DNA of 64,000 nucleotides from an uncultured Trueperaceae bacterium. GTDB taxonomy: Bacteria; Deinococcota; Deinococci; Deinococcales; Trueperaceae. Every line of letters begins with the position of its first letter. The first letter of the stretch is position 1. This document shows positions 1-8,797 of this stretch, one piece after another. The notes under the pieces are model-generated. The model searched no databases. It was not told the DNA's origin and worked only from the letters and a program-made list of their open reading frames with translations. The stretch is taken from positions 864,001 to 928,000 of the forward strand of contig CAVSGP010000004.1 of the NCBI GenBank assembly GCA_963727505.1. The letters run 5' to 3'. The translations under genes and the position numbers were made by a program.

Positions 1-1
1 A

Positions 2-1111
2 CCTCCACTGGCGCTCGGATTCGGTGTGGAGAGGCTACGCGAGACCGCGGTGATCATGAGCATGGGCATCTTCGGCGCGGTCGCCGCCGGGCCCGTGATC
101 GGCGGGCTCCAGGCGAGCGCGCATGGCTGGCGGCCGCTGTTCTGGATCATCGCGGCCATTTCGGCGGCGTCGCTACTCCTCGCTCTGCTGACCTACGAGT
201 ACCAGCCTCCGGCCAACAGGAGCGCGCCGTGGGATCCCAAGGCCATCGGGCTGGCCGCCGTCGGGTCGGTGGCCGCCTTCTACGGCGCGTCGGAACTGTT
301 CAGCCACGAGTTCCTCGCCTTCCGGACGGCCGTGCCACTGTTCGGTGGTTTCGCCCTGATCATCCTGCTCGTCGTCTACCAGTACCGTGCGCCGCGGCCG
401 CTGCTGATCGTCCGGCCCATGCTCGGGAGCACGATCCCGGTGGCGGGCATCCTGGTCGCGCTGTTCGCGGCCGCGGCCTCCGTCTCGGTCACCCAGCTGA
501 CTGCGAGCCTGCAGGCCGGGCTCTACAGCCCAGTGCACCTGGGGCTGCTCTACCTACCCGAGCTCGCCGGCGCCGTCCTCACGGCGGTCGCTCTGGGCCT
601 TCTCATCACCAGATGGGAGCTGCAACTCCTCCCGTTGGTGGGGATGGGCTTCCTGGCCGCCGGGATCGGGATCTTCCGCATCTCCTTGCCGCCCGGCCAG
701 GCACTTACGCTGATCGGGTCGGGGGTGATAGGGATCGGTCTCGGCGCCACGGTCGCCCCGGCGCTGTTCGCCGCCGGCTTCTCCCTCCCCTCGGCGAGCC
801 TGCAGCGGGTGTTCGCGCTCGTCGAACTCCTGCGCGCGGTGGCCGCGTTCATGATCGCGCCGATCTTCGCGCACTTCGCCACCGGAATCGTCGGCACGGG
901 CGTTGCCTTGTGGATCAGCCTCGGCCTCGCCCTGGGCGGTGCCGCGATCGCGGTGGCGCTCTACCTCCTGGGCGGTGCCCGCCCACAGACGCCGGACCTC
1001 GACGGGTTCGTGGGTGGTGAGACGCCAGCCTGGCATTCGCCTCCGCTGCTCGATCGCCTGCGCAGGAGCCGGGCGGCATCGGAAATGGACCGGTATCCGG
1101 CGACGCGTTGA
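2..1111 (+). CDS. MFS transporter, C-terminal part (gene starts before the window)
   Basis: Frame open from base 2. Many hydrophobic TM segments, with a GPVIGG...GWRPLFWI motif typical of drug:H+ antiporter-type MFS. Confidence 0.8.
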   Translation, partial: PPLALGFGVERLRETAVIMSMGIFGAVAAGPVIGGLQASAHGWRPLFWIIAAISAASLLLALLTYEYQPPANRSAPWDPKAIGLAAVGSVAAFYGASELFSHEFLAFRTAVPLFGGFALIILLVVYQYRAPRPLLIVRPMLGSTIPVAGILVALFAAAASVSVTQLTASLQAGLYSPVHLGLLYLPELAGAVLTAVALGLLITRWELQLLPLVGMGFLAAGIGIFRISLPPGQALTLIGSGVIGIGLGATVAPALFAAGFSLPSASLQRVFALVELLRAVAAFMIAPIFAHFATGIVGTGVALWISLGLALGGAAIAVALYLLGGARPQTPDLDGFVGGETPAWHSPPLLDRLRRSRAASEMDRYPATR

Positions 1112-1281
1112 CGCCTTCACGGACGACCGGCCGGACGAACACCTCGACACACCGTCCACCGAGAGCAGCTCGGCGTTGCCGTCGGCGAATAGATACGTCC
1201 TGGCGCGATCGTGGCGGAAGCCATCGAGATCGGAGCCCGGTGCCGGAGCGCCGAACGAACGGACGTCCTCCGGCCCGCGGC

Positions 1282-1722
1282 TCATGAGGGGAGCGGCGCC
1301 TCGACCAGGGGAAGGAGGCGAGCGTCCTCGATCGCGGCGGTGCGATGACCGAGGCCGGCGAGATAACCCGCGTGGCTCTCGAAGGCGAGGAACGACGCGA
1401 CGCTGCTCTGCCGGACCAGCATCACGAGGTCCCACGTCTCCTGCTCCGGCCCGATCAGGTACGGCCCGCCGGACCCGAGGAACACGAGATCCCCACCGCT
1501 CTCACGGAGGAACGGGAGTGTGTGGCGGATGTAGCGGTCGAAAGCTTCGGCGCCGCTGATGGGCGTTTCGGGAGCCAGGTCCGGATGGGCCGAGTAGTCG
1601 GCGACGCCGCGTAAGCGCAGCAGGTTCAGCATGACGACGCTGCCTGCGATGCCGCGCAGCACGAAGGCCCTGCCGGCTGCTTGGGTAGGTTCGAGATAGC
1701 GGATGGGTTCGGGTGCGGTCAT
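1282..1722 (-). CDS. DUF1330 domain protein
   Basis: MLNLLR...ADY...SGAEAF.RY...WDLVMLV pattern typical of DUF1330 dimeric alpha/beta barrel proteins; RBS-like GAGGAGAGG upstream. Confidence 0.75.
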   Translation of the reverse strand: MTAPEPIRYLEPTQAAGRAFVLRGIAGSVVMLNLLRLRGVADYSAHPDLAPETPISGAEAFDRYIRHTLPFLRESGGDLVFLGSGGPYLIGPEQETWDLVMLVRQSSVASFLAFESHAGYLAGLGHRTAAIEDARLLPLVEAPLPS

Positions 1723-1863
1723 GGTGCCTCTCCTCGGGTCGGTGCGAGCGTTGGATCGGGGACGCTCCGGGGCTCCGGGGCTCCGGGGGCAGGGCGGGGA
1801 CGCGCCACGCCGTCGGGCCGTCGGGCCGTCGGGCCGTGGATCGGCCTCTCGCTCAGGGCAAGA

Positions 1864-1892
1864 ATAATACCCGGTGGATATTGTGCTGTCAA
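1864..1892 (-). promoter_or_regulatory. sigma70-type promoter for DUF1330 gene
   Basis: Minus strand TTGACA (1887-1892), 17 bp, TATTAT (1864-1869) in an AT-rich patch. Confidence 0.7.
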
Positions 1893-2201
1893 TATCCCCC
1901 GGGTGTTAATCGTGGCGCTCCACGAGGGCGCTCGCTCGGACCGGCGCCGAGAGCAGGTGACCGTGGAACGGGCTCCGCCCCGGTTCCGCGGTGGCCGGGT
2001 GCTCCAGGGCGCTGCCAGGCCTACCTTCCTGGTACGCCCGGCACCCTCGCGGCAGAACCCGACGCCGTTGCTCCGGCCCGTCGGCCCCGGTTGTGAAGCC
2101 GGGGCCACATCCAGTGCGATCGACTGCTAATCTCGCTCCATCGCAACCCAAGGCGCAAGGGAGGTCGTGATGACGTCGTGGTGTTGCGTAAGGAGGAGTC
2201 C

Positions 2202-4112
2202 ATGAAGGAGAGAGCCCGTTCGTCCACCCACGTACGTCGACGACAGTGGGCCCTGCGCGCCTTGGCCGCGCTCTCGACGTTCGCCCTCGTCGTCGCGCTG
2301 ACCGGCTGTAGTGGCGGCGGAGGCGCGACCAACAACGTCGACGGCTTCGTGCGGGGACTGCCGTCCTGGTCGAGTCTTTCACCGTTGCCACCGGAGAACG
2401 ACGGTGTGCCCACGACCGATCCACCCTCGACCGCCCAGGTCGACGACGGGGGCACGCTCTACACCTGCACGACCCAGCACTACTCCATCTCGAAGAACCC
2501 GGGGGAGCTCGTCCTCGCCACGCCGGACCTCGACGTCATGTGGCCCGGCGCTCTGGTGCAGGGCGCGTCCCACCTGAACGGGTTGGGGTCGCTGCTCCCC
2601 CTCGTGGTCGACAAGAGCCGGCGCGGCCCCATCAGCATCTCGATCGCCGGCGGGGGCGTGCTCGGCATCCCGGGCGGCGTGAGCGACACCATCGACCAGC
2701 CGGCGCCCAGCACCGTCCGCGAGGCCATCAACCAGCTCGTCGTCAACGCGATCCAGTCCAACGTGGCCGTCGGCGCCGGCATCAGCAGTTTCACGTCGAC
2801 CGAGAGCTTCAGCGGCACGCAGACCGCGATCTCGGTCGGCCTGTCGGGGCGCTACCTCGGCGCCACACTCGACACGAATCTCGACTACAACTCTACGGCC
2901 AGCCAGCACACCTACACGGCGTACTTCATCCAGCGCCTGTTCACGGTGGCGATGGACCCGCCGCAGAACCCGTCGGACATGTTCGCGTCCGACGTGACGC
3001 CGACCGAGCTCGAGCAGCTCGGCGTGAGCCCGTCCAACCTCCCCCTATACGTAGCGTCGGTCAGCTACGGCCGCGTGCTGATGTTCTCGCTCAAGTCCAC
3101 GGCAAGCAAGCAACGCATCCAGGCGGCGCTCGACTTCGCTTACGACGGTGTCGTGGCGAGCGGAAGCGCCTACACGGACGTGGAGCTGCGGCAGACGCTG
3201 AGCCAGTCCCAGATCAAGGTCGTGGCCATCGGCGGGCCCAACACCGGCGTGGAGAACCTGATCAAGGACGCCAACCTCAAGTCGTACTTCGGTTCCAGCC
3301 TCCAGATCAACCAGGTCGAGCCGATCTCGCTCGTGCTCAAGAACCTGGCCGACAAGACCGTCGCGAAGGTGGTCAACACCACCGACTACGACCAGCGCGA
3401 GTGCGCGCCGGCCGTAGCTCTGCCGACCCCGGACTTCTGGTGGCGCGGCGAGGGCAACAGCGATCTGCAACCCAACGCGCTCGGGATCACGAACTCGTTC
3501 GAGAACAACCTCACCTACGGGGCGGGGCAGTTCGGCGAGGCGTTCTCCCTCAACGGCATCGATGCCTATGTGGCGAGCTACCTGACGCCGGACCCCAACT
3601 CCGAGTACCTGCTCGGCACCACCGGGGCGTTCACCGTGTCCGCCTGGGTGAACCCGCGCATGACATCGGGCTACGGCACCATCGTGGCCGAGATCGGTCC
3701 CTCGGCGCGCGCCGGCAACTTCTCGCTGGGCGTGTGGTCCAGCGGCGCCGTCTCCTTCCATCGCCGGCCGCTCGACAACACCGGCGTCGACGGCGTCACC
3801 ACCGGCGGAAGTGTGGCTCCCGCAAACCAGTGGAGCCTGGTCACCGCGGTCTACGGCGGCGCGCAGCCCGGACAGCCCGACCTCCGCATCTACGTCAACG
3901 GCGTGTACAAGAGCGGCGCCATCTACACGGGCACCATCCCGACCACGTACAGCGACGGGCGCACGCGAGTCGGCACGCGCGGCTACAACGCCAGCGTCGT
4001 CCAGTACGATCCCTACGAGGGCTACATCGACGAGGTCATGCTGTTCGGCCGGGCCTTGGGTGAGGACGAGATCCTCTCGATGTACGCCAACTTCGACAAG
4101 ATGGTCCCCTGA
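2202..4112 (+). CDS. Thiol-activated-cytolysin-family (CDC-like) lipoprotein with C-terminal LamG/ConA-like domain
   Basis: RBS AGGAGGA at 2191; lipobox LTGC. CDC core motifs WPGALVQG, YVASVSYGRVL and IGG. C-terminal FTVSAWV...W.LVTAVY...YVNG...GYIDEV LamG signature. Confidence 0.8.
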   Translation: MKERARSSTHVRRRQWALRALAALSTFALVVALTGCSGGGGATNNVDGFVRGLPSWSSLSPLPPENDGVPTTDPPSTAQVDDGGTLYTCTTQHYSISKNPGELVLATPDLDVMWPGALVQGASHLNGLGSLLPLVVDKSRRGPISISIAGGGVLGIPGGVSDTIDQPAPSTVREAINQLVVNAIQSNVAVGAGISSFTSTESFSGTQTAISVGLSGRYLGATLDTNLDYNSTASQHTYTAYFIQRLFTVAMDPPQNPSDMFASDVTPTELEQLGVSPSNLPLYVASVSYGRVLMFSLKSTASKQRIQAALDFAYDGVVASGSAYTDVELRQTLSQSQIKVVAIGGPNTGVENLIKDANLKSYFGSSLQINQVEPISLVLKNLADKTVAKVVNTTDYDQRECAPAVALPTPDFWWRGEGNSDLQPNALGITNSFENNLTYGAGQFGEAFSLNGIDAYVASYLTPDPNSEYLLGTTGAFTVSAWVNPRMTSGYGTIVAEIGPSARAGNFSLGVWSSGAVSFHRRPLDNTGVDGVTTGGSVAPANQWSLVTAVYGGAQPGQPDLRIYVNGVYKSGAIYTGTIPTTYSDGRTRVGTRGYNASVVQYDPYEGYIDEVMLFGRALGEDEILSMYANFDKMVP

Positions 4113-4240
4113 GGCTCCACTCCGGTCACCTTCGCGCCCGCCCCCGCCACGACAGGCGCGGGCGGGCGCGCCACGGCGCACGACGCAGCGCCCGTCACGC
4201 GCGGGACCCGCACGGGACCGCCGCTGCCCTACCCTGGCGT

Positions 4241-4654
4241 ATGAGCGACAACCCGCCCGGTCCGAAGGTCGACCTCGACGATCCCGCAGTGAAGGACCGC
4301 CTCTCCCCCGAGGCGTATCGCGTGCTGCGCACGGAGGCCACCGAGCGCCCCGGCTCGAGCCCGCTCAACAATGAGTGGCGGGCAGGCACGTACGTGTGCG
4401 CCGCCTGCGGACACCCCCTCTTCCGGGGAGACGTCAAGTTCGACGCCCACTGCGGCTGGCCGTCCTTCTCGGAGGCGTTGCCGGGGGCGTTCGAGACCAA
4501 GACGGACCACCACATCGGCTACCCGCGGACCGAGTACCACTGCGCGAACTGCGGCGGGCACCACGGCCACGTGTTCGACGACGGCCCGGAGCCCACCGGG
4601 TTGCGCTACTGCAGCAACGGCGTGGCGCTGCGATTCGTACCCGACGACACCTGA
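4241..4654 (+). CDS. msrB: Peptide-methionine (R)-S-oxide reductase
   Basis: CGWPSF, GHVFDDGP, RYCSNG motifs and two CxxC zinc sites. Confidence 0.95.
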   Translation: MSDNPPGPKVDLDDPAVKDRLSPEAYRVLRTEATERPGSSPLNNEWRAGTYVCAACGHPLFRGDVKFDAHCGWPSFSEALPGAFETKTDHHIGYPRTEYHCANCGGHHGHVFDDGPEPTGLRYCSNGVALRFVPDDT

Positions 4655-4694
4655 GCGATCGGTCCGCGGCGCTGGCGGCGCGCGTGCCGGGGAC

Positions 4695-5297
4695 CTAAGG
4701 CGCGGTCTCCCGGCCTCCCTCCTTCGCCAGAGCGGCGTGATGCATCTCCACGAGCCGCGCGAAGCTTACGTCCAGGTCGAGCGGGAGCCCGAAGCCGCCG
4801 GCGCTCTCGAGCGCTACGAAACCGTGCAAGGAGCTGCGAAGCGCCCGCGTGGCATGCAACGCTTCGTCGCCCTCCAGCGCATATCCCTGCAGGACGCTGA
4901 GCACCACCTGCACCAGCCTTCCGGCCGCCTCGGCGGCGGCCGGGGCGTCGCGCTCGGCCCCCGACGCATCATCCACCGCGCCCAGCGTCAGAGCGTAGAG
5001 CCCCGGGTGCTCGTGCGCGTAGGCGCGGTACGCCTGCGCCAGCGCTTCCAGCGCGTCGCGCCGGGCGCGGCCCACGGCGGCCCGTTGCAGGCGCTGCTCG
5101 AGGGCTTCCAGGCCCCTGAGTCGGAGCGCACCCCGGAGGTCTCCGAGCCCGCCGATATGGTTGTAGAGCGAGGGCGTCCGCACCCCCAGGGCCTGGGCCA
5201 ACGAGGCCAGCGAGAGAGCGGCCAGCCCGTCTTCGTCGACCATCGCGGCTGCCGTCTCCACCACGCGTTCGCGGGTGACGCCGGGCCTACGAGGCAC
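4695..5297 (-). CDS. TetR/AcrR family transcriptional regulator (WHG-type C-terminus)
   Basis: N-terminal HTH LAQALGVRTPSLYNH; C-terminal SSLHGFV; overlaps end of the hydrolase gene. Confidence 0.9.
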   Translation of the reverse strand: MPRRPGVTRERVVETAAAMVDEDGLAALSLASLAQALGVRTPSLYNHIGGLGDLRGALRLRGLEALEQRLQRAAVGRARRDALEALAQAYRAYAHEHPGLYALTLGAVDDASGAERDAPAAAEAAGRLVQVVLSVLQGYALEGDEALHATRALRSSLHGFVALESAGGFGLPLDLDVSFARLVEMHHAALAKEGGRETAP

Positions 5298-6105
5298 GAC
5301 GTACCCGCCCCAGGAAGGCGAGGATGGGCGCCGACGTGGCCTCGGGCATCTCGCTGTGCGGATAGTGGCCCGCCCCCTCGATCATCACCACGTCGCCGCG
5401 CAAGCCTTTCGCCAGTCTCACCGCCTCGTCGGCGGGATCGCCGAAGTCCGGGTCCTTGCTGCCCATCACCACCAGCGTCGGCGCTGTGACCTCAGCAAGA
5501 CGCTGTGCGATGTCCGGCTCGCTGCTGAGCATCATGGCCTTGACCGCCTCGAAGCGTCCCGGTTCGGCGAGGTTGGCGCGCAGGGCAGCACGGTAGTCGC
5601 GGAAGTCGGCGGGCTTGCGGGTCGGGAAGAGCGTGCCGAAGTACGCGTTCCAGGCCGCCACCTTCCAGGGGCCCGAGAACAGCACGCGCATCAGCGCCTG
5701 CATCATCGGCTTCGCCGGTTGCGGGAGCACGAACGGCCCGACCAGCACCAGACCTTCGACCGCCTCCGGCCGCTCGGCCGCCGCCCACACGGCGGGCGCG
5801 GCTGCGAACGAGTTGCCGACGATGGTGGCCGGGCCTGCGTCCAGCGTGTCGATGAGGGCGAGCAGGTCGGCGCCCGTAGCCTTGCGGCTGTAGTCGGCCC
5901 AGCCCACGCTCGAGCCGCCGTGCCCGCGCAGGTCGACGCTCACGGCACGGTAGCCCGCGGCCACCAGGTCCTTGACGAGGAACCGGTACTCCTGCCGGAG
6001 GTCGCCCAGACCCGGCATCAGGATCACCAGGGGTCCGGTCCCCCGGTCGTCGTAGGCGAGGGTGCCGCCATCGATATGGAGCAACTGGGTGGTCCCATCG
6101 TTCAT
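5287..6105 (-). CDS. Alpha/beta fold hydrolase
   Basis: DLRGHGGS, GNSF nucleophile elbow, GAGHYPH catalytic His region; RBS GGAGGG before ATG 6105. Confidence 0.85.
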   Translation of the reverse strand: MNDGTTQLLHIDGGTLAYDDRGTGPLVILMPGLGDLRQEYRFLVKDLVAAGYRAVSVDLRGHGGSSVGWADYSRKATGADLLALIDTLDAGPATIVGNSFAAAPAVWAAAERPEAVEGLVLVGPFVLPQPAKPMMQALMRVLFSGPWKVAAWNAYFGTLFPTRKPADFRDYRAALRANLAEPGRFEAVKAMMLSSEPDIAQRLAEVTAPTLVVMGSKDPDFGDPADEAVRLAKGLRGDVVMIEGAGHYPHSEMPEATSAPILAFLGRVRRAS

Positions 6106-6234
6106 CGTCGTTCCCTCCGATGCCGCTGTGTGGATGGAGTGCGGGGTCGAATCCTGCGTCGCTCTCTGGGAAAGCGGGGCGTGCATCTCGACTCCCGCTT
6201 GTTGCGTCGTTCGGCTCGAGCGTAACATGCCTAG

Positions 6235-6263
6235 GTTATACACTAATGCCATTAGTCTGTCAA
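6235..6263 (-). promoter_or_regulatory. sigma70 promoter with palindromic TetR-type operator in the spacer
   Basis: TTGACA (6258-6263), 17 bp, TATAAC (6235-6240). The spacer holds the palindrome ACTAAT-gcc-ATTAGT (6242-6256). Confidence 0.8.
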
Positions 6264-6364
6264 GGGCGCGGCCCGGGAGGGCAATCGTCGCTGCCACCCC
6301 CCGACCTCGACCCCTACGTCGCGGTCCGCCGCCGCGACTCTAGGCCGCGACGCTCCCGAACACC

Positions 6365-6940
6365 TCAGCCCGCGCGGGCTTCGGCGGGGAAGGCGTCGCG
6401 CGCAAGGTCCGCGAGGTAGCCCCGGATATCGTCCGGCCAGCCGGCGGTGAGCGACTCGAAGCGCCGCCGATCGCCGGCGTCGAGTGCGCGGTAGGCCTCC
6501 TCGAAGTGCTCGCGATCGCCGGCGAGGGCGGTCATGGCGCGGCCGGCGGAGGCCGCAGCGCGGCGCGCGCGGTCGCGCGCCGTCTCGTTGGCCCTGGCCT
6601 GCTGCACGAGGCGACGCAGGGTACTGGAGATGCTGCCCGGCTGCTGCTCGAGCCAGCGCCAGTGCCCCGGCAGCAACGACACCTCGCGCGACACCACACC
6701 CATCCTCGGCCGCCCGCGTCCGGCCCGCTTGGGAAGTGGCGCCTCGCGCTCGAGGACGTCCGGCAGCGTGCCGCGCAGGTCGAAATCGACCTGCCGGCCG
6801 CTGGCGTCTTCGAAGAACAGGGGCATCGCGCCGGGGTCGTCCCCTACCCCCTTCTTGACGGCGGAGAGAACGTCCCGGAGGGGACCGCGGGCGAGCAACC
6901 GATCGGCCTGGAAAGCGGCATAGGTAGGCGTGTCGTCCAT
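6365..6940 (-). CDS. DUF2239 family protein
   Basis: GRQVDFDLRG and GRPRMGVVSREVSLLPGHWRWL...S.TLRRLV, and AGD..HFEEA.RAL.AGD signatures. Confidence 0.85.
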   Translation of the reverse strand: MDDTPTYAAFQADRLLARGPLRDVLSAVKKGVGDDPGAMPLFFEDASGRQVDFDLRGTLPDVLEREAPLPKRAGRGRPRMGVVSREVSLLPGHWRWLEQQPGSISSTLRRLVQQARANETARDRARRAAASAGRAMTALAGDREHFEEAYRALDAGDRRRFESLTAGWPDDIRGYLADLARDAFPAEARAG

Positions 6941-6947
6941 GTGGCTA

Positions 6948-6965
6948 TTATTACCCGGGCAAAAT
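6948..6965. promoter_or_regulatory. CCCGGG-centred imperfect palindrome (putative operator) over the DUF2239 promoter
   Basis: TTATTACCCGGGCAAAAT lies between TTGACG (6972-6977, minus) and the ATG; similar sites at 1864-1881 and 1892-1909. Confidence 0.6.
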
Positions 6966-7085
6966 AGCTTACGTCAAGCCCCTGTCACCCCCGCGGGACG
7001 GATGCCCCCCGCCCCGTATGGCGCCAGCGACGATAATCGCACGAAGGCATCCCGGCAACGCGGCCGGGAGGAAGGTCGTGGACCC

Positions 7086-7646
7086 GTGGCGGACGCCCAC
7101 CAACTCGGCTTCTTGAGCGTCGCGATCCCCACCGTGGTGGTCCACACGGTGACCTACACCCTCGTCGGCATCGCGGCCATGAACGCCTTCCGCTACACCG
7201 GCGCACTTCGCGACGACCCCGTGCGGCAGGTCACGCTGCGCGACACCAGCGACGCGCGCGTGATGGCAGGCCCGCTCTTCCAACCGCTACGAGGGATCCT
7301 CTTCGCGATCGTGCTCTACCTCCTGAGGGACACGCTCTTCGCCCCCGGTGGGTGGCTCGTGCTGTGGACCATGCTGCTCGCCGTCGGCATCTTCGGCACG
7401 TTCGCGCCGGCCGCCGCCTCCGTCGAGGGCTGGATCTACCTCAAGCCCTCGCCGACGGGCGCGCTGTGGGGCGGCCTCGTGGAGATCGTGACGCAGTCGT
7501 TCCTGCTCTCGGTCCTGACCTTCCTGTGGGTCACGCACCCCGGTATCGCCTGGCTGGACTGGATCTTCGGGATCCTGTTCGTTCTGGCGCTGGCGCTGCC
7601 CGCGCTCGGGTTGGTGGCCCGACGCATCACACGCGAGACTCCGTAG
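7086..7646 (+). CDS. Hypothetical integral membrane protein
   Basis: About five hydrophobic segments, high-GC codon pattern, GGAGGAAGG upstream of GTG; start uncertain. Confidence 0.7.
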   Translation: MADAHQLGFLSVAIPTVVVHTVTYTLVGIAAMNAFRYTGALRDDPVRQVTLRDTSDARVMAGPLFQPLRGILFAIVLYLLRDTLFAPGGWLVLWTMLLAVGIFGTFAPAAASVEGWIYLKPSPTGALWGGLVEIVTQSFLLSVLTFLWVTHPGIAWLDWIFGILFVLALALPALGLVARRITRETP

Positions 7647-7677
7647 CACCGCGCCTCGCCGTGCGCCACCCGGCCGA

Positions 7678-7935
7678 TCACGTTCCCCGCGTCGCCAGCG
7701 CGTCACGGCCTGCCGGAGTCAAGCGGTAACACAGCCGACGGTCGTCGCCGCGGAGCTCGTACTCGTGCACCAGCCAGCCACGCCGGACCAGATCGGCCAG
7801 TAGCGGCATGGCGCCGTCGCCGATGCCCGTCGCAGCGGCCACATCCTCGCCACTCACGGGTGCCTCGTCGGCCTTCTCCGCCAAGTACTCCAGCACGCGC
7901 CGCATCCGTCGTTCGCGTTCACGCCTCGCGGTCAT
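7678..7935 (-). CDS. Small winged-helix protein (hypothetical)
   Basis: Ends in a PadR/MarR-like wing RRLCYRLTPAGR, with a helix-turn-helix-like middle. Confidence 0.55.
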   Translation of the reverse strand: MTARRERERRMRRVLEYLAEKADEAPVSGEDVAAATGIGDGAMPLLADLVRRGWLVHEYELRGDDRRLCYRLTPAGRDALATRGT

Positions 7936-8203
7936 ACGCTACCCCCGCCGCCACCGTTCCCATGGCGTCACAGGGTCACTCTAACCACTACGCGTCATGC
8001 AGGGGTCATAGGCACACTCTCATGAGAACAAGGTGCGACCATCACAGGCCCAGCGGAGGACGCCGTCTACACTCAGTCCAGTAGGTTCCGAAAACCGGAA
8101 CGGGGCGTCTCGAGTGACCTCCTGCATCCCCGTCGCGCTCTCGGTCGTTCGACCCGAACGACGGTATGTGGGCTTGTCTCCGGAGAGGTCCAGAGGGGTA
8201 TCG

Positions 8204-8737
8204 ATGCGCGTTTGGGTCCAGTCTCGCTATCGTATCTTCACGGAGGGCCTGATCCTTCTCCTTCGGCTCTACGGACTCCACGGCGATACCGATCGCAACG
8301 ATCAGACCGAGGTGGCCCTCGTGGACCTGAGCGTGCGACAGCCGCCGTTCCCTCATCCGCCCGATCTCCCGACCCTGGCCATCTCGCGCGGCGACGACCA
8401 GACGGCCATCGCGCTCCTGGAACGAAAGTACCGCGGCTTCGTGAAGCCGTCGGACGAGGGCGAAGTACTCGCCCGGGCACTTCGCGCCGTGTGCCGCGGC
8501 GAGATCTGGGCCGAGCGGAGGTTGTTGACCGAGTTGCTGCTCGCCGAAGAGGCGCCGAAGCTGACGCCGAAGCAGAGCGAGATCTTGCAGTTCCTCAGCA
8601 AGGGCATGACCAACCGGGCCATCGGAGAGGCCCTCGGCATCGCCGAGGGCACGGTCAAGATGCACGTGACACAGGTCTACAGCAAGCTCGGGGTCCAGAG
8701 CCGTGCCGAGTTGTTCGCCCGCATCCTGGCCAAGTGA
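8204..8737 (+). CDS. LuxR-family regulator with degenerate receiver domain
   Basis: C-terminal LTPKQSEILQFLSKGMTNRAIGEALGIAEGTVKMHV HTH; N-terminus REC-like but lacks the acidic pair. Confidence 0.85.
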   Translation: MRVWVQSRYRIFTEGLILLLRLYGLHGDTDRNDQTEVALVDLSVRQPPFPHPPDLPTLAISRGDDQTAIALLERKYRGFVKPSDEGEVLARALRAVCRGEIWAERRLLTELLLAEEAPKLTPKQSEILQFLSKGMTNRAIGEALGIAEGTVKMHVTQVYSKLGVQSRAELFARILAK

Positions 8738-8797
8738 AGGCTGGCCAAATGAAGGCTGGCCAGAGGAAGGGCCTCCGGATCGCAGTGCCGTGACGGT

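Noticed and set aside
1764..1838. Two 8-bp microsatellites (GGGGCTCC, GGGCCGTC) upstream of DUF1330
   Set aside because: Only about three units each in very GC-rich DNA with no spacers; not CRISPR and no evidence of function.
3396..3450. EC...WWR in the CDC-like protein resembling the CDC undecapeptide ECTGLAWEWWR
   Set aside because: Spacing and middle residues differ, and the WWR falls where LamG domains normally start (WW.G.GN); probably coincidence.
8735..8768. Short 15-bp-period duplication after the LuxR stop
   Set aside because: Two to three degenerate units; likely local slippage.
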